The notes beneath the pieces are model-generated. The model ran no database searches, was not told where the DNA came from, and was given only the letters and a program-made list of their open reading frames with translations. Shown here piece by piece: positions 1-10,587 of a stretch of DNA of 64,000 bases; position 1 is the stretch's first letter; the number at the start of each line of letters is the position of its first letter. Position numbers and translations under genes: made by a program. The DNA comes from Thermodesulfobacteriota bacterium. Lineage in GTDB: Bacteria; Desulfobacterota; Binatia; Bin18. The stretch covers positions 2,944,001 through 3,008,000 of the forward strand of contig OZ219926.1 in the NCBI GenBank assembly GCA_964291405.2, written 5' to 3'.

Positions 1-23
1 GAAGCATATACCCCACTGCTGGA

Positions 24-2327
24 ATGGCTGAATATCAACCGAAACAATCAGACGAGCGCGTGACCGCGACGCGGGCCGCCCTGCGTCGGCTCGCGCTCGG
101 CGTTGTCCTGCTGCTCGGGATCGTGGCGGTGCCGGCTATCGCTCAGGATTCCGCCCCTGCGGATCAAGTGGAGCCCGCCTCTGAAAGCGCTCCTATCGAA
201 GACGCCCTGCTGCTGGGAGATCTCGTTGTCACCGCTCAGAAACGCGAGCAGTCCATTCAGGACGTGCCGGTGGCGATAACGGCCCTGGACGCTGAGCAGT
301 TGGAAGCCGCCAGGGTGCGCGACCTGCGCGACCTGACCATCGGCATCCCCAATGTGGGTTTTGATGAAATCGGCACATCGCGCGGGACCGCAAACTTTTC
401 GATACGCGGCATGGGCGTCAACGGTTCCGTGCCGTCCATTGACCCGACCGTGGGTGTGATTGTCGATGGCATCTATATGGGGACGAATTCGGTGATGCTG
501 TACGATGCCTTCGACCTGGAGAGCATTGAGGTCTTGCGCGGACCGCAGGGCGTGCTGTTCGGTCGTAACGTGGTCGGCGGCGCGGTCCTGATTAACACTA
601 AGACCCCCACCGACCAGTTTGAAGCCACGCTCCGCAACACCGTGGAAGGCGGCGGCAAAGCGCCCAATTTTTTTACATCAGCCACCCTCAACGCGCCACT
701 GACCGATACGCTGGCCACGCGCTTCACCGTCTACTCCAACCAGGATCAGGGCTGGTTCAAGAACAAGCGTGATGGCAGGGCGTTCGGCGCACAGGATACG
801 CTGATGCTGCGCCCGGTCGTTCGCTGGCGACCCACCGACACGCTGGACCTGACGCTGCGCTATGAATACCAGAGTCTGGACGCCGACGGAGCAGCGTCAC
901 AGAATACGGCCATCTATGACCGACGCGACCATGACTTCTTTGTCGATGAGGACGGCTACCTCGATGCCGAGGTGCACTTCTTCAACGCCCGGTTGGACTG
1001 GGACGTGGCGTTCGGCAACGGCACGCTGACCGATATTTTCGGCTGGCGCGCCACGCAGAGCGACGCCATCAGCGATCTTGACGGCCTGCCGACGCACCAC
1101 CAAGCCGATTTCGCGCTGTCCAAATTCAACCTGGGTACCCAGCAGGAGTCGGAACAATTCAGCAATGAGTTGCGCTACACCGGGCGGTTTTTCAACCGGC
1201 TGCAATTGACCACCGGCGTCTATTATTTCACCAACGATCTCGACTATCACGAATGGCGCGAGTTTGAGGGAAGTGTCCCAGGCGCGACGCGAAACGAGTT
1301 TGGCGGCGGCTATTATGATGTGGACACGCTGGGTCTGTTCCTGAACATGGACTATGATCTGACCGACTGGCTGACCGTTACCGGCGGACTGCGCTATACC
1401 GATGAGGAAAAGGAGGCCGACGTCTCCTATATGCAGCGTAACAGCAAAACCGATCTGACCGATCCGGGCTGCAATATGGTGCGCGGCCCGACCTGCCCCA
1501 GCCATTTCAAGGATGACAAGAGTTGGACCAGTTTATCGCCCAAGATCGGCCTGACCCTTCGTCCCGCGGACGACCTACTGGTGTATTGGCACTGGACTCG
1601 GGGATTTCGGTCCGGCAACTATAATGTGCGCATCACAAAGGAGGGCACCGACCCCGGCCCGACCGACCAGGAGCAGGCCGACAATTTTGAACTCGGCTTC
1701 AAGAGCACCCTCGGCACGCGCGCGCGTCTTAACGGCGCGGTGTTTCTCAACATGATCCGGGACCTGCAACGTATCGTGCTGACAGGCGGAGCCGAAGGCG
1801 TGGTACAGGATTTTCTGAACACCGCGGATGTCGATATCTACGGCGTTGAACTGGACGGCTCTTTCGCGCTGCTGGACAATCTGGTGCTCCACGGGGCTGT
1901 GGGCTATCTCGACTCGAACCTGAACGAAGTCCGCTATGACCTCAGCGGTGACGGGGTGGTGGACGACAAAGACGAGAACCTTGACCTTATCCGCGCTCCC
2001 ACCTGGACGTATAGCTTCGGACTCCAGCACAGCCTCTCCATCGGCAACCGTCACCGCCTCGACTCGCGTATCAATTACACCTATCGGGACAAAGAATACC
2101 ATCAGGACGACAACAGCGGATTCCACCGGCAGCTCAAGAAGCTGGATGCCGGCATTGATTTGCATATGAATAACGGTCAGTGGGTGGTCGGCCTGTACGG
2201 TAAGAACCTGCTGCACGCGGTCTCCCACGGCATTCATTTCGTCAACCCCGGTTTCGGGAGTTTTTCGCCGCTCATGAAAGGCCGGACATATGGCCTGGAG
2301 CTGACCTATAATTATACAGGCGTCTGA
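24..2327 (+). CDS. TonB-dependent receptor (paralog 1)
   Basis: Signal peptide; TonB box/plug motifs LVVTAQKREQ and IEVLRGPQGVLFGRN; barrel C-terminus GRTYGLELTYNY. Confidence 0.93.
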   Translation: MAEYQPKQSDERVTATRAALRRLALGVVLLLGIVAVPAIAQDSAPADQVEPASESAPIEDALLLGDLVVTAQKREQSIQDVPVAITALDAEQLEAARVRDLRDLTIGIPNVGFDEIGTSRGTANFSIRGMGVNGSVPSIDPTVGVIVDGIYMGTNSVMLYDAFDLESIEVLRGPQGVLFGRNVVGGAVLINTKTPTDQFEATLRNTVEGGGKAPNFFTSATLNAPLTDTLATRFTVYSNQDQGWFKNKRDGRAFGAQDTLMLRPVVRWRPTDTLDLTLRYEYQSLDADGAASQNTAIYDRRDHDFFVDEDGYLDAEVHFFNARLDWDVAFGNGTLTDIFGWRATQSDAISDLDGLPTHHQADFALSKFNLGTQQESEQFSNELRYTGRFFNRLQLTTGVYYFTNDLDYHEWREFEGSVPGATRNEFGGGYYDVDTLGLFLNMDYDLTDWLTVTGGLRYTDEEKEADVSYMQRNSKTDLTDPGCNMVRGPTCPSHFKDDKSWTSLSPKIGLTLRPADDLLVYWHWTRGFRSGNYNVRITKEGTDPGPTDQEQADNFELGFKSTLGTRARLNGAVFLNMIRDLQRIVLTGGAEGVVQDFLNTADVDIYGVELDGSFALLDNLVLHGAVGYLDSNLNEVRYDLSGDGVVDDKDENLDLIRAPTWTYSFGLQHSLSIGNRHRLDSRINYTYRDKEYHQDDNSGFHRQLKKLDAGIDLHMNNGQWVVGLYGKNLLHAVSHGIHFVNPGFGSFSPLMKGRTYGLELTYNYTGV

Positions 2328-2394
2328 CATCGGCGTTTACAACCAGAAACCGGCACAGTAGAAGGGCTGATTTCCGTATGAGATCGGAGGATTT

Positions 2395-4722
2395 ATGAGC
2401 CTTACCAAAACATCCGCATTCCAACCGGCCAGCCTGTTCATCACCTTTATTCTGAGCGTTGGTTTTTCCCCACTCCCGGCTACAGCCCAGGAGACCGAGC
2501 CGGAAGAAGCGGCTTCCGCAAGCCCCATGCTCTTGGACGATATTGTTGTAACCGCCCAAAAGCGGGAGCAGCTGCTCCAGGATGTGCCGGTAGCGGTCAC
2601 GGCCTTCGACGCCGAACAGCTTGACGCCCTCAAGGTGCGCGACCTGACCAATCTGTCAATACGCATGCCGAACGTGTCTCTGGACGATGTCGGCACGGCA
2701 CGCGGGATTGCGAACTTCTCCATTCGCGGGTTGGGCATCAACAGTTCGATTCCGGGTATTGACCCGACGGTCGGCGTATTCATCGACGGCGTGTATATGG
2801 GCTCGAACGCGACGATGCTGTACGACACCTTCGACCTGGAGGCTGTCGAGGTGCTGCGTGGCCCGCAAGGTGTGTTGTTCGGCCGCAACGTCGTCGGTGG
2901 CGCGGTGCTGCTCAACACCAGAACGCCGACTGACCGCTACGAGGCTACGGTGCGCAGTGCAGTGGAAGGCGGGGGCAAGGCGCCCAACGTCTACGTCGCG
3001 GGTACGCTGAACGCCCCGCTGACCGAGACCCTGGGAGCACGCTTCACCGTGTATTCCAATCAGGATCAGGGTTGGTTCGAAAATGAACATACCGGTAAGG
3101 CGTTTGGCGTACAGGACACGTTGATGCTGCGGCCGGTCATCTCCTGGGAGCCTACGGACACCCTGCGTCTGACGCTCCGCTATGAATATCAGGACCTCGA
3201 CGGCGACGGACCCGCGGCCCAGAACCATACCGACGGTTCCGGCCGGGCCAACCCCTTTGCCAACTACGACCGCGACAGTCACGACTTCGCCATTGACGAA
3301 GAGGGCTTTCTCACATCGGAAATTCACTTTTTCAACACGCGTTTGGATTGGGATGTCCCGCTGGGTAACGGGACGGTCACCAATATCTTCGGCTGGCGAG
3401 ATGCGGGGGGGACCGCGCTCAGTGATATCGACGCGACACCCCTGCCGCTGTTTGCCGGCGGTGCCTTGCAACAATCGGAACAGTTCAGCAATGAGGTCCG
3501 GTATAGCGGCTTGTTTTTCAATCGGCTGTTCCTGACGACTGGCTTCTATTATTTCAATAATGACATCGGCTATCACGAGACTCGTTCCCTCGCCTTCGGA
3601 CAAGTCCGGCAAAGCGGTGGCGGCAACCTGGATGTCGAAACCTTCGGGTTGTTCATGAATGGGGACTACGACCTGACCGACTGGCTGACGCTGACTGCGG
3701 GGCTGCGCTATACCCACGAGGAAAAGGAAGCTGAAATCACCAATCTGACCCGAAACGGTGCAACGCCGTGCAACATCATTACCGGTCCGGACTGCCCCAG
3801 CCATTTCCGGGACAAAGAAACCTGGACCAATCTGTCGCCCAAGGTCGGGCTGAGCTATCGGCACGATGACGACACCTTGCTCTATGCCCACTGGACGCGC
3901 GGCTTCCGCTCTGGCGGCTATAATCTGCGCGACACGTTTTTCGGCCTGCCGGGCGACCCGCGTGACCTCGGCCCCGGTCCCTTTGACGAAGAGCAGATCG
4001 ACAACTTCGAGATCGGCTTCAAGAAAACCTTCGGGACCCGTGCTCGTCTCAACGCCGCGTTTTTCTATAATCTTATCGACGACCTGCAACGCGAACTGGT
4101 TTTCCCCGAAGAACTGCCGGTGCTCAATCCGGCGACCGGGGAACCGGTCATCGGCCCCGAAGGAAGACCCGTGACGCAGGGTAATATCGTACAGGTGATC
4201 CGCAATACGGCCGACGCGGACCTGTACGGCTTTGAGGTGGAGGGCAGTCTGGTCCTGACCCCCGGCCTGAGCCTGTTCGGTTCGGCCGGTTTTGTGGAGT
4301 CGGACTACACCACGGTCAAGTTTGACCTCAACAACGACGGCCGGGTGGACGGCAAGGATGAAGACCTGGACCCCCCCCGGGCCGCAAAGTGGACCTATAG
4401 CCTGGGCCTGCTGAACGACCTGCAACTCAGTCCCCGCATCCGGCTGGCCTCGCGGGTCATCTATGCCTACCGGGACAAATCATACTTAAACGATGACAAC
4501 CTCGGCTTCAACCGGCAACAGAAAAGGTTACAGGCCGGGGTGGACATTCACTTCAACGACAGTCAGTGGGTGGTCGGCCTGTACGGCAAGAACCTGCTGG
4601 GCTATAGCCTGTTCGGCGGTGATACGCAGTTACCGACGGCACTCGGCGGCGGCACCTTTTCTCCTTTGGCAAAGGGTCGTATCTTTGGCCTGGAGTTGAC
4701 GTATCATTTTACCGGCGTTTGA
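2395..4722 (+). CDS. TonB-dependent receptor (paralog 2)
   Basis: IVVTAQKREQ and VEVLRGPQGVLFGRN motifs; GGAGG RBS; highly similar to neighbours. Confidence 0.93.
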   Translation: MSLTKTSAFQPASLFITFILSVGFSPLPATAQETEPEEAASASPMLLDDIVVTAQKREQLLQDVPVAVTAFDAEQLDALKVRDLTNLSIRMPNVSLDDVGTARGIANFSIRGLGINSSIPGIDPTVGVFIDGVYMGSNATMLYDTFDLEAVEVLRGPQGVLFGRNVVGGAVLLNTRTPTDRYEATVRSAVEGGGKAPNVYVAGTLNAPLTETLGARFTVYSNQDQGWFENEHTGKAFGVQDTLMLRPVISWEPTDTLRLTLRYEYQDLDGDGPAAQNHTDGSGRANPFANYDRDSHDFAIDEEGFLTSEIHFFNTRLDWDVPLGNGTVTNIFGWRDAGGTALSDIDATPLPLFAGGALQQSEQFSNEVRYSGLFFNRLFLTTGFYYFNNDIGYHETRSLAFGQVRQSGGGNLDVETFGLFMNGDYDLTDWLTLTAGLRYTHEEKEAEITNLTRNGATPCNIITGPDCPSHFRDKETWTNLSPKVGLSYRHDDDTLLYAHWTRGFRSGGYNLRDTFFGLPGDPRDLGPGPFDEEQIDNFEIGFKKTFGTRARLNAAFFYNLIDDLQRELVFPEELPVLNPATGEPVIGPEGRPVTQGNIVQVIRNTADADLYGFEVEGSLVLTPGLSLFGSAGFVESDYTTVKFDLNNDGRVDGKDEDLDPPRAAKWTYSLGLLNDLQLSPRIRLASRVIYAYRDKSYLNDDNLGFNRQQKRLQAGVDIHFNDSQWVVGLYGKNLLGYSLFGGDTQLPTALGGGTFSPLAKGRIFGLELTYHFTGV

Positions 4723-4848
4723 GAAGCGTGGCAGCATTCGGGACGAGCCGCTCCGAACGCGGGACGGCCTGGATGAGAGTCGCGACGCTTTACAATCAGT
4801 CAGAAATCCTCTCCGATAAGGATTATGATGCCTGAGATCGGAGGGCGC

Positions 4849-7275
4849 ATGCGCTTTATCAATAAAACTCCCAGGTTCTGGACGGCAAACTGGTCTGCTG
4901 TCCGGAACCTGACGTTTGTTACGGTACTGAGTGCCGTCTTCCTCACCCTCCCGGCAGTGGCCCAGGATGCGCCGCCGGCCGCCGGCAAGACCGCCCCGCA
5001 AGCATCTGCCCCAGCGACAGAGGTTACGCCTCTGGAAGGGATGGTGGTCACCGCCCTCAAGCGGGAGGCGATGATCCAGGACGTGCCGGTGTCGATGACG
5101 GCCTTCGATTCCGAACAGATTGACACTCTCAAGCTCCACGACCTGGGCGATCTGACGATCACCATGCCCAATGTGGCCTTCGATGACATCGGCCTGGCGC
5201 GCGGTTTCGCGAACTTCTCCATTCGCGGCCTGGGTATCAACAGCTCGATTCCGTCCATCGATCCGACGGTCGGCGTCTTCGTTGACGGCATCTACCTGGG
5301 AACGAACGCGGGGGTGCTGTACGATGCCTTCGATCTGGACAGCATCGAGGTCCTCCGTGGCCCGCAAGGGGTTCTGTTCGGGCGCAACGTGGTGGGCGGA
5401 GCCGTCTTGGTCAACACCAAAACTCCTACCGACCGCTATGAGGCCAAGGTCCGTAGCGCAGTCGAAGGCGGCGGCAAAGCCCCGAATATGTACGTCTCGG
5501 CTACGCTCAACGCCCCGCTGACCGACACCCTGCGTGCTCGCTTCACGATCTATTCCAATCAGGATCAGGGCTGGTTTGAGAACAAGTACAACGGCAAGGC
5601 CTTCGGCGCGCGAGATACGCTGATGGTGCGGCCGGTCGTCACCTGGCAGCCCTGGGACACACTGCGCTTTACGCTCCGTTACGAATATCAGGATCTCGAC
5701 GAAGACGGGCCCGCGGCTCAGACGCATACCAACGGTGCCGGCCTGTCCCATCCCCAGTTCAATTTCAAGCGCGACAGCCACGACTTCGCCGTCAACGAAG
5801 AGGGCTTTCTGAAGACGTATATCAACTTCTTTAACGCCCAGGCGGATTGGGACATCCCATTCGGTAACGGGACCATTACCAATATCTTCGGCTGGCGCGA
5901 GGGGATGGGAGATGGTCTGAGCGATACCGACGCGACGCCGCTGACCTTTTTCCATGGAGGCGGCACACAAGCCGCGGAGCAGTTCAGCAACGAACTGCGC
6001 TACAGCGGGATATTCTTCGACCGGCTCTTCCTGACGACCGGCTTCTACTATTTTCAGAACGATCTCTACTACCACGAACAGCGGCTGTTCGGTGACCCTA
6101 GTGGCGACATCTTGGAATTCAACGGCGGCGGTATCTATAACGTCGAGACGTTCGGGTTGTTCGCGGCCGGGGACTACGACCTGACCGACAGGCTGACGCT
6201 GACTCTGGGGCTGCGCTACACTCATGAAGAGAAAGCGGCCGAGATCACAAATATCCTCCGAACGAGGGATATCCAGTGTCACACGGTGTATGGCCCCGAC
6301 TGCCCTATCCATTTCAAAGACCAGGCAAGCTGGAACAGTCTGTCGCCCAAGATCGGGCTGACCTATCGGCTCGACGCCGAGACGCTGCTCTACGCCCATT
6401 GGACGCGCGGCTTCCGGTCCGGCGGCTATAATCTGCGCGACTCGTTTTTCGATCTGACCCAGGGGCTGTCGGACGCGGAGATTGCCGGGCTGGAGGCGCT
6501 CGGCCTGGAGATCGCTCGCGATCTTGGGACCGAGGGGTTTGGCGAAGAGCAGATCGACAATTTCGAGATTGGCATCAAGAAGACCTTTGGCGACCGTGTC
6601 CGCCTGAACGCGTCGTTTTTCTACAACTTCGTCGCGGACCTGCAACGTGAGCTGGCTTTCGGTGAGGACCTCCCCGCCCCGGACCCGATCACGGGCCGCC
6701 CCGTCATCATCTTTGTGGATAGGAGGCCGACCATACAGACGGTGCAGAACATCGTGCAGGTGATTCGGAATACGGCCGACGCCGAATTCTGGGGCCTGGA
6801 AATGGAGGGGATGGTGGTCCTCTCACCCGGCCTGGTCTTACTCGGCTCGCTCGGCTACGTCGAGCCGGACTACACCAAGGTCAAGTTCGACCTCAACCGG
6901 GACGGCAGGCTGGACGATAAGGACGAAGACCTCGAACCGCCACGGGCCGCGCACTGGACCTATAACCTGAGCCTGCTCCACAATCTCCACGTCGGTACCC
7001 GCGTCCGTCTCGCCTCGCGTGTCACCTACGCCTACCGCGACAAAGAGTATGTCAACGACGACAACACCGGATTCAACCGGCAGCAGAAGATGTTACAGGC
7101 CGGAGTGGATGTCCATATCGACAACAGTCAGTGGGTGGTCGGCCTGTACGGCAAGAACCTGCTGGACTACGCGCGGTTCGGGACGGACATTCAACTGCCC
7201 ACCGGCACCCTCTCGCCGTTGATGAGAGGGCGGGTGTTCGGTCTGGAATTGACGTATCACTTCACCGATAGCTGA
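4849..7275 (+). CDS. TonB-dependent receptor (paralog 3)
   Basis: Same motifs; ATG at 4849 follows GGAGG (the ORF track starts at 4825). Confidence 0.92.
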   Translation: MRFINKTPRFWTANWSAVRNLTFVTVLSAVFLTLPAVAQDAPPAAGKTAPQASAPATEVTPLEGMVVTALKREAMIQDVPVSMTAFDSEQIDTLKLHDLGDLTITMPNVAFDDIGLARGFANFSIRGLGINSSIPSIDPTVGVFVDGIYLGTNAGVLYDAFDLDSIEVLRGPQGVLFGRNVVGGAVLVNTKTPTDRYEAKVRSAVEGGGKAPNMYVSATLNAPLTDTLRARFTIYSNQDQGWFENKYNGKAFGARDTLMVRPVVTWQPWDTLRFTLRYEYQDLDEDGPAAQTHTNGAGLSHPQFNFKRDSHDFAVNEEGFLKTYINFFNAQADWDIPFGNGTITNIFGWREGMGDGLSDTDATPLTFFHGGGTQAAEQFSNELRYSGIFFDRLFLTTGFYYFQNDLYYHEQRLFGDPSGDILEFNGGGIYNVETFGLFAAGDYDLTDRLTLTLGLRYTHEEKAAEITNILRTRDIQCHTVYGPDCPIHFKDQASWNSLSPKIGLTYRLDAETLLYAHWTRGFRSGGYNLRDSFFDLTQGLSDAEIAGLEALGLEIARDLGTEGFGEEQIDNFEIGIKKTFGDRVRLNASFFYNFVADLQRELAFGEDLPAPDPITGRPVIIFVDRRPTIQTVQNIVQVIRNTADAEFWGLEMEGMVVLSPGLVLLGSLGYVEPDYTKVKFDLNRDGRLDDKDEDLEPPRAAHWTYNLSLLHNLHVGTRVRLASRVTYAYRDKEYVNDDNTGFNRQQKMLQAGVDVHIDNSQWVVGLYGKNLLDYARFGTDIQLPTGTLSPLMRGRVFGLELTYHFTDS

Positions 7276-7299
7276 TTGCTGCGGACCGGCCGTTTTCGG

Positions 7300-7689
7300 C
7301 TAGGATTTGTCGGCCAGCTCTCGACCCTTGTCCGGCGTCGGGTCTTTGACGAGGCCGTAGATTTGACGGCCCTCGTGGTCTTCGGGCAGATGCTCGGTAA
7401 TCGGCGTACCCTCGGGTGTCACGAACAGCAGGCAGTGGCAGTATTTCCATTTCTTCATTTCGTCACAGGCACAGACCCACTCGCGGCTGCGTTCGACCTC
7501 GGCTTTTTTGTCGGGATAAAAATTACACGGGCAGAGCGGCCGGCCGACCTCATCGATATTATTGGCCAGACCCAGAATTACCGATTCGGTCACCTCGGAC
7601 TCCGGATGGCCTGAGGTCCCGGTTTTCTGCATATATTTCTCAACGTAGACGCGCATGCGCTTAATGCTTTTCTCGGAGGGCTGGTCCAT
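7300..7689 (-). CDS. Ferredoxin-thioredoxin reductase catalytic subunit family protein
   Basis: LCPC...WVCAC...YCHCLLF cysteine pattern; start chosen from a GAGGAG RBS. Confidence 0.85.
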   Translation of the reverse strand: MDQPSEKSIKRMRVYVEKYMQKTGTSGHPESEVTESVILGLANNIDEVGRPLCPCNFYPDKKAEVERSREWVCACDEMKKWKYCHCLLFVTPEGTPITEHLPEDHEGRQIYGLVKDPTPDKGRELADKS

Positions 7690-7800
7690 TGCTTGACTCC
7701 TCAACTCTTTATTCATGACGAATCGGCGCTTCACCCCTAGTCTAGTATTTCAAGCGAGCCTATGCCACCCTGTGTGCTTCCGCTAGACGAGAGCATATCC

Positions 7801-8781
7801 ATGGCTCAGGACCCACCAAAAATTTATGTCACTCGCCAGCTTCCCGAAGCAGCGCTGACCCCGTTACGGAACTGCGGTGCCCTGTCTGTCTGGGCGTCCG
7901 ACCAGGCCGTTTCGCGCGAGACCTTGCTGCACGAACTGCGCGATACCGTGGCCCTGCTGAGCATGGTCACGGAACGCATTGACGACGATCTGCTCGACCA
8001 TGCACCGCAGCTCAGGATCGTCGCCAATATGGCCGTCGGGTATGACAATGTGGATGTTCCGGCGTTGACCCGTCGCAACATCGTCCTGACCAACACGCCG
8101 GGTGTTCTGACCGAAACCACGGCCGACCTCACCTTCGCGCTCATGCTGGGTATCGCCCGCCGTATCGGCGAAGGCGAACGCCGCGTGCGTACCGGCCAGT
8201 GGCCGGTGTGGAGCCCGTTTGTCTTTCTCGGGACGGACGTTCATCATGCCACGCTGGGCATTATCGGTCTGGGTCGCATTGGAGCCGCAGTCGCCAGGCG
8301 CGCACACGGCTTCGATATGCGGGTGATCTACCATAATCGCGGTCGGAACAAAGAGGCCGAAGAGCAACTCGGATGTACCTGGGTCGATATGGACACGCTG
8401 CTGAGCGAGTCGGATTTTGTGGTCGTGCTGGTTCCGCTCGGTCCGCAAACGCATCAACTCATCTCGACACCTCAACTCAAAAAAATGAAGCCGACCGCTT
8501 TTTTGGTGAACGCCGCGCGGGGGCCGATTGTTGATGCGCAGGCCCTGTATGCAGCCTTGAGGGACAAGGTCATTGCCGGGGCTGCACTTGATGTGACCGA
8601 CCCGGAACCGCTGCCCGCGGACGACCCCTTGCTGACGCTCGACAACTGCCTGGTTGTCCCCCACGTCGGCAGCGCCAGTATTGCCACCCGGACGCGTATG
8701 GCCACCCTGGCGGCAGAAAACGTTGCCGCCTTTCTCGGCGGCCGGCGTCCGCCCACGCCGGTGAATATGGAGGTCCTGTAA
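7801..8781 (+). CDS. D-isomer 2-hydroxyacid dehydrogenase (glyoxylate reductase / D-glycerate dehydrogenase)
   Basis: AVGYDNVD, NTPGVLTETTAD, GLGRIG, NAARG, LDVTDPEP, PHVGSA. Confidence 0.9.
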   Translation: MAQDPPKIYVTRQLPEAALTPLRNCGALSVWASDQAVSRETLLHELRDTVALLSMVTERIDDDLLDHAPQLRIVANMAVGYDNVDVPALTRRNIVLTNTPGVLTETTADLTFALMLGIARRIGEGERRVRTGQWPVWSPFVFLGTDVHHATLGIIGLGRIGAAVARRAHGFDMRVIYHNRGRNKEAEEQLGCTWVDMDTLLSESDFVVVLVPLGPQTHQLISTPQLKKMKPTAFLVNAARGPIVDAQALYAALRDKVIAGAALDVTDPEPLPADDPLLTLDNCLVVPHVGSASIATRTRMATLAAENVAAFLGGRRPPTPVNMEVL

Positions 8782-8825
8782 GCTGGCGCGTTTCATTCCA
8801 GGCTGTAGCCCTGCCGTTGCGCTCG

Positions 8826-8902
8826 CGTCATGCCGGACGTGATCCGGCATCCAGAGGCGGGGGGACGGGAAGCCTGGATTCCGGCTTGCGCCGGAATGAC
8901 GG
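8826..8902. repeat. REP-like double hairpin (GTCATGCCGG...CCGGCATCCA / TGGATTCCGG...CCGGAATGAC)
   Basis: Inverted pair of hairpins between convergent genes; related copies at 15869-15898 and 51670-51863. Confidence 0.8.
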
Positions 8903-8949
8903 CAGGGATCGGCTGGCTATATGGAAGCGCCAAGCATTTTACGGCCACG

Positions 8950-10029
8950 TTATGACCGGAAATACGGGACCACATATTTCCCGAACAGGCGGATCGAATC
9001 CATGATGTTCTGGTGCGGAATACCGCCGAACTGCATAAAGCACAGCACCTGATCAACCCCGGCTGCCTCGTATTTCTTGAGCGTCCGAATGCAGCTGTCC
9101 GGATCGCCCATGCAGAACATCCCGCCTTCGATAAGCTCGTCCAACGACTTGCCCGAGCGCTCCCCGCGGACTGACTCCACTGCAAACTTGTACGAATCGG
9201 GCACTTTCGTCCCCTGTTCCTGCCAGGGCCGATAGAGTTGGAGCGTTTTATTGAGGAACCATTCGCCGGCCGGGCCTCCCACTTCTCGGGCCTGTTTGTC
9301 GCTCTCAGCACAGTGGACGATGCCGAGGGCGGCAACTTGGTCATTGACAAAGGCGCCAACAGGCTCGGCCTGCTCTATGCCTTCCCGGTAGAGTTGCACC
9401 CGGCGAGCGAGTTCCTCCGGTTGGCCGATATGAAAGCACAGCGCGCCAATACCTTTCTGACCGGCAGCGGTGAAGCTGGCGGGCTGAGCGCAGGCCACCC
9501 ACAGGGGAGGGTGGGGTTTCTGGACCGGCTTGGGAATGACCGAGCGGGGCGGAATCTTGAAGTACTGCCCTTCGTGCGAAAAAGGATCTTCGAGCCACAT
9601 TCGTGGGATAATCGAGACGGCTTCTTCCCACATGGGCTTGGTCTCTTCCGGATCAATACCGAAGCCTTCCATCTCGATCAGCGTGGTCGAGCGGCCCGTG
9701 CCGAGTTCGACCCGGCCGTCGCTCAACAGGTCGAGGACCGCCGCCCGCTCCGCTACACGGATCGGATGATTGTACTGGGGCGGCAGCAGCGCAACGGCAT
9801 GACCGATCCGGATGGTCTTGGTGCGCTGCGAGATCGCACCGTACAAGACCTCCGGAGCGGGACAGTAGGAAAACTCGGTGAGAAAATGATGCTCAACCGT
9901 CCAGAAATACTCAAATCCCATCTCCTCAGCCAGCATGACCTGGGCGATGACTTGTTTATAGGTGTCTTGCACAATATTGGGGGTGTGGGGCTCAGGGATC
10001 TGGATTTCATACATCATGCCGAACTTCAT
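8950..10029 (-). CDS. LLM-class flavin-dependent oxidoreductase
   Basis: WTVEHHF, HPIRVAERAAVLDLLSDGRVELGTGR, PKPVQKPHPPLW. Confidence 0.92.
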   Translation of the reverse strand: MKFGMMYEIQIPEPHTPNIVQDTYKQVIAQVMLAEEMGFEYFWTVEHHFLTEFSYCPAPEVLYGAISQRTKTIRIGHAVALLPPQYNHPIRVAERAAVLDLLSDGRVELGTGRSTTLIEMEGFGIDPEETKPMWEEAVSIIPRMWLEDPFSHEGQYFKIPPRSVIPKPVQKPHPPLWVACAQPASFTAAGQKGIGALCFHIGQPEELARRVQLYREGIEQAEPVGAFVNDQVAALGIVHCAESDKQAREVGGPAGEWFLNKTLQLYRPWQEQGTKVPDSYKFAVESVRGERSGKSLDELIEGGMFCMGDPDSCIRTLKKYEAAGVDQVLCFMQFGGIPHQNIMDSIRLFGKYVVPYFRS

Positions 10030-10169
10030 CTGGCAGCTCCCTTTTCTGTGTATGATCAGGACGCTTCGCGCTTCTGGAAAATGTCATAGTGCGGAAAAGT
10101 CTGCAACCTGGCACACTATGCACAACGTATTCCCTTGACAAAGAGACTATACATGATCCTGGTAAGACC

Positions 10170-10427
10170 ATGAAAAAGGTAATGGTGTCGGAGCTGAAGG
10201 CGAAGTTGAGTGCTTACCTGTCAGAGGTTCGCAAGGGAGAGACGGTGGTTGTTTATGATCGGAAAATGCCCATTGCTCGGCTGATTCCTTACGCGCAGGC
10301 TCCCGATGAACTCGGGATTGAAGAGCCCGTGATAACGGATCGCGGGCTCGCATGGCCGAAGCCGATCCGGCTTCGTAAAAAGGTCGATGTAGTGAAGCTG
10401 CTCAGAGAAGGCCGGGAGCAGCGTTGA
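10170..10427 (+). CDS. Phd/YefM-family antitoxin (no intact toxin downstream)
   Basis: MKKVMVSELKAKLSAYLSEVRKGETVVVYDRKMPIARLIP is a typical Phd N-terminus. Confidence 0.85.
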   Translation: MKKVMVSELKAKLSAYLSEVRKGETVVVYDRKMPIARLIPYAQAPDELGIEEPVITDRGLAWPKPIRLRKKVDVVKLLREGREQR

Positions 10428-10431
10428 CCCT

Positions 10432-10587
10432 CTATTTTTTCGGACGAGGTGGTGGGGGTGGGGGTGGGGTTTTTGGCGGAGACTGAGGTTGTGCTGGTTC
10501 AAAACTCTCACGATATCTGCGTGGTGAAGAAGAACCTTGAGCAGGTCTACTTGGGGCTGGTCTGACAGGCTGATTCGATTTACTCAT
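10432..10587 (-). CDS. Small proline-rich peptide
   Basis: MSKSNQPV...KTPPPPPPPRPKK; the ATG overlaps the stop of the upstream shifted frame (CATGAGTAA) and has an AG-rich RBS. Confidence 0.4.
   Translation of the reverse strand: MSKSNQPVRPAPSRPAQGSSSPRRYRESFEPAQPQSPPKTPPPPPPPRPKK

Noticed and set aside
2656-6645. Long antisense ORFs (589 and 671 aa; similar ones at 18099, 30163, 36267)
   Set aside because: These are shadows of high-GC coding genes on the opposite strand, with no recognisable motifs
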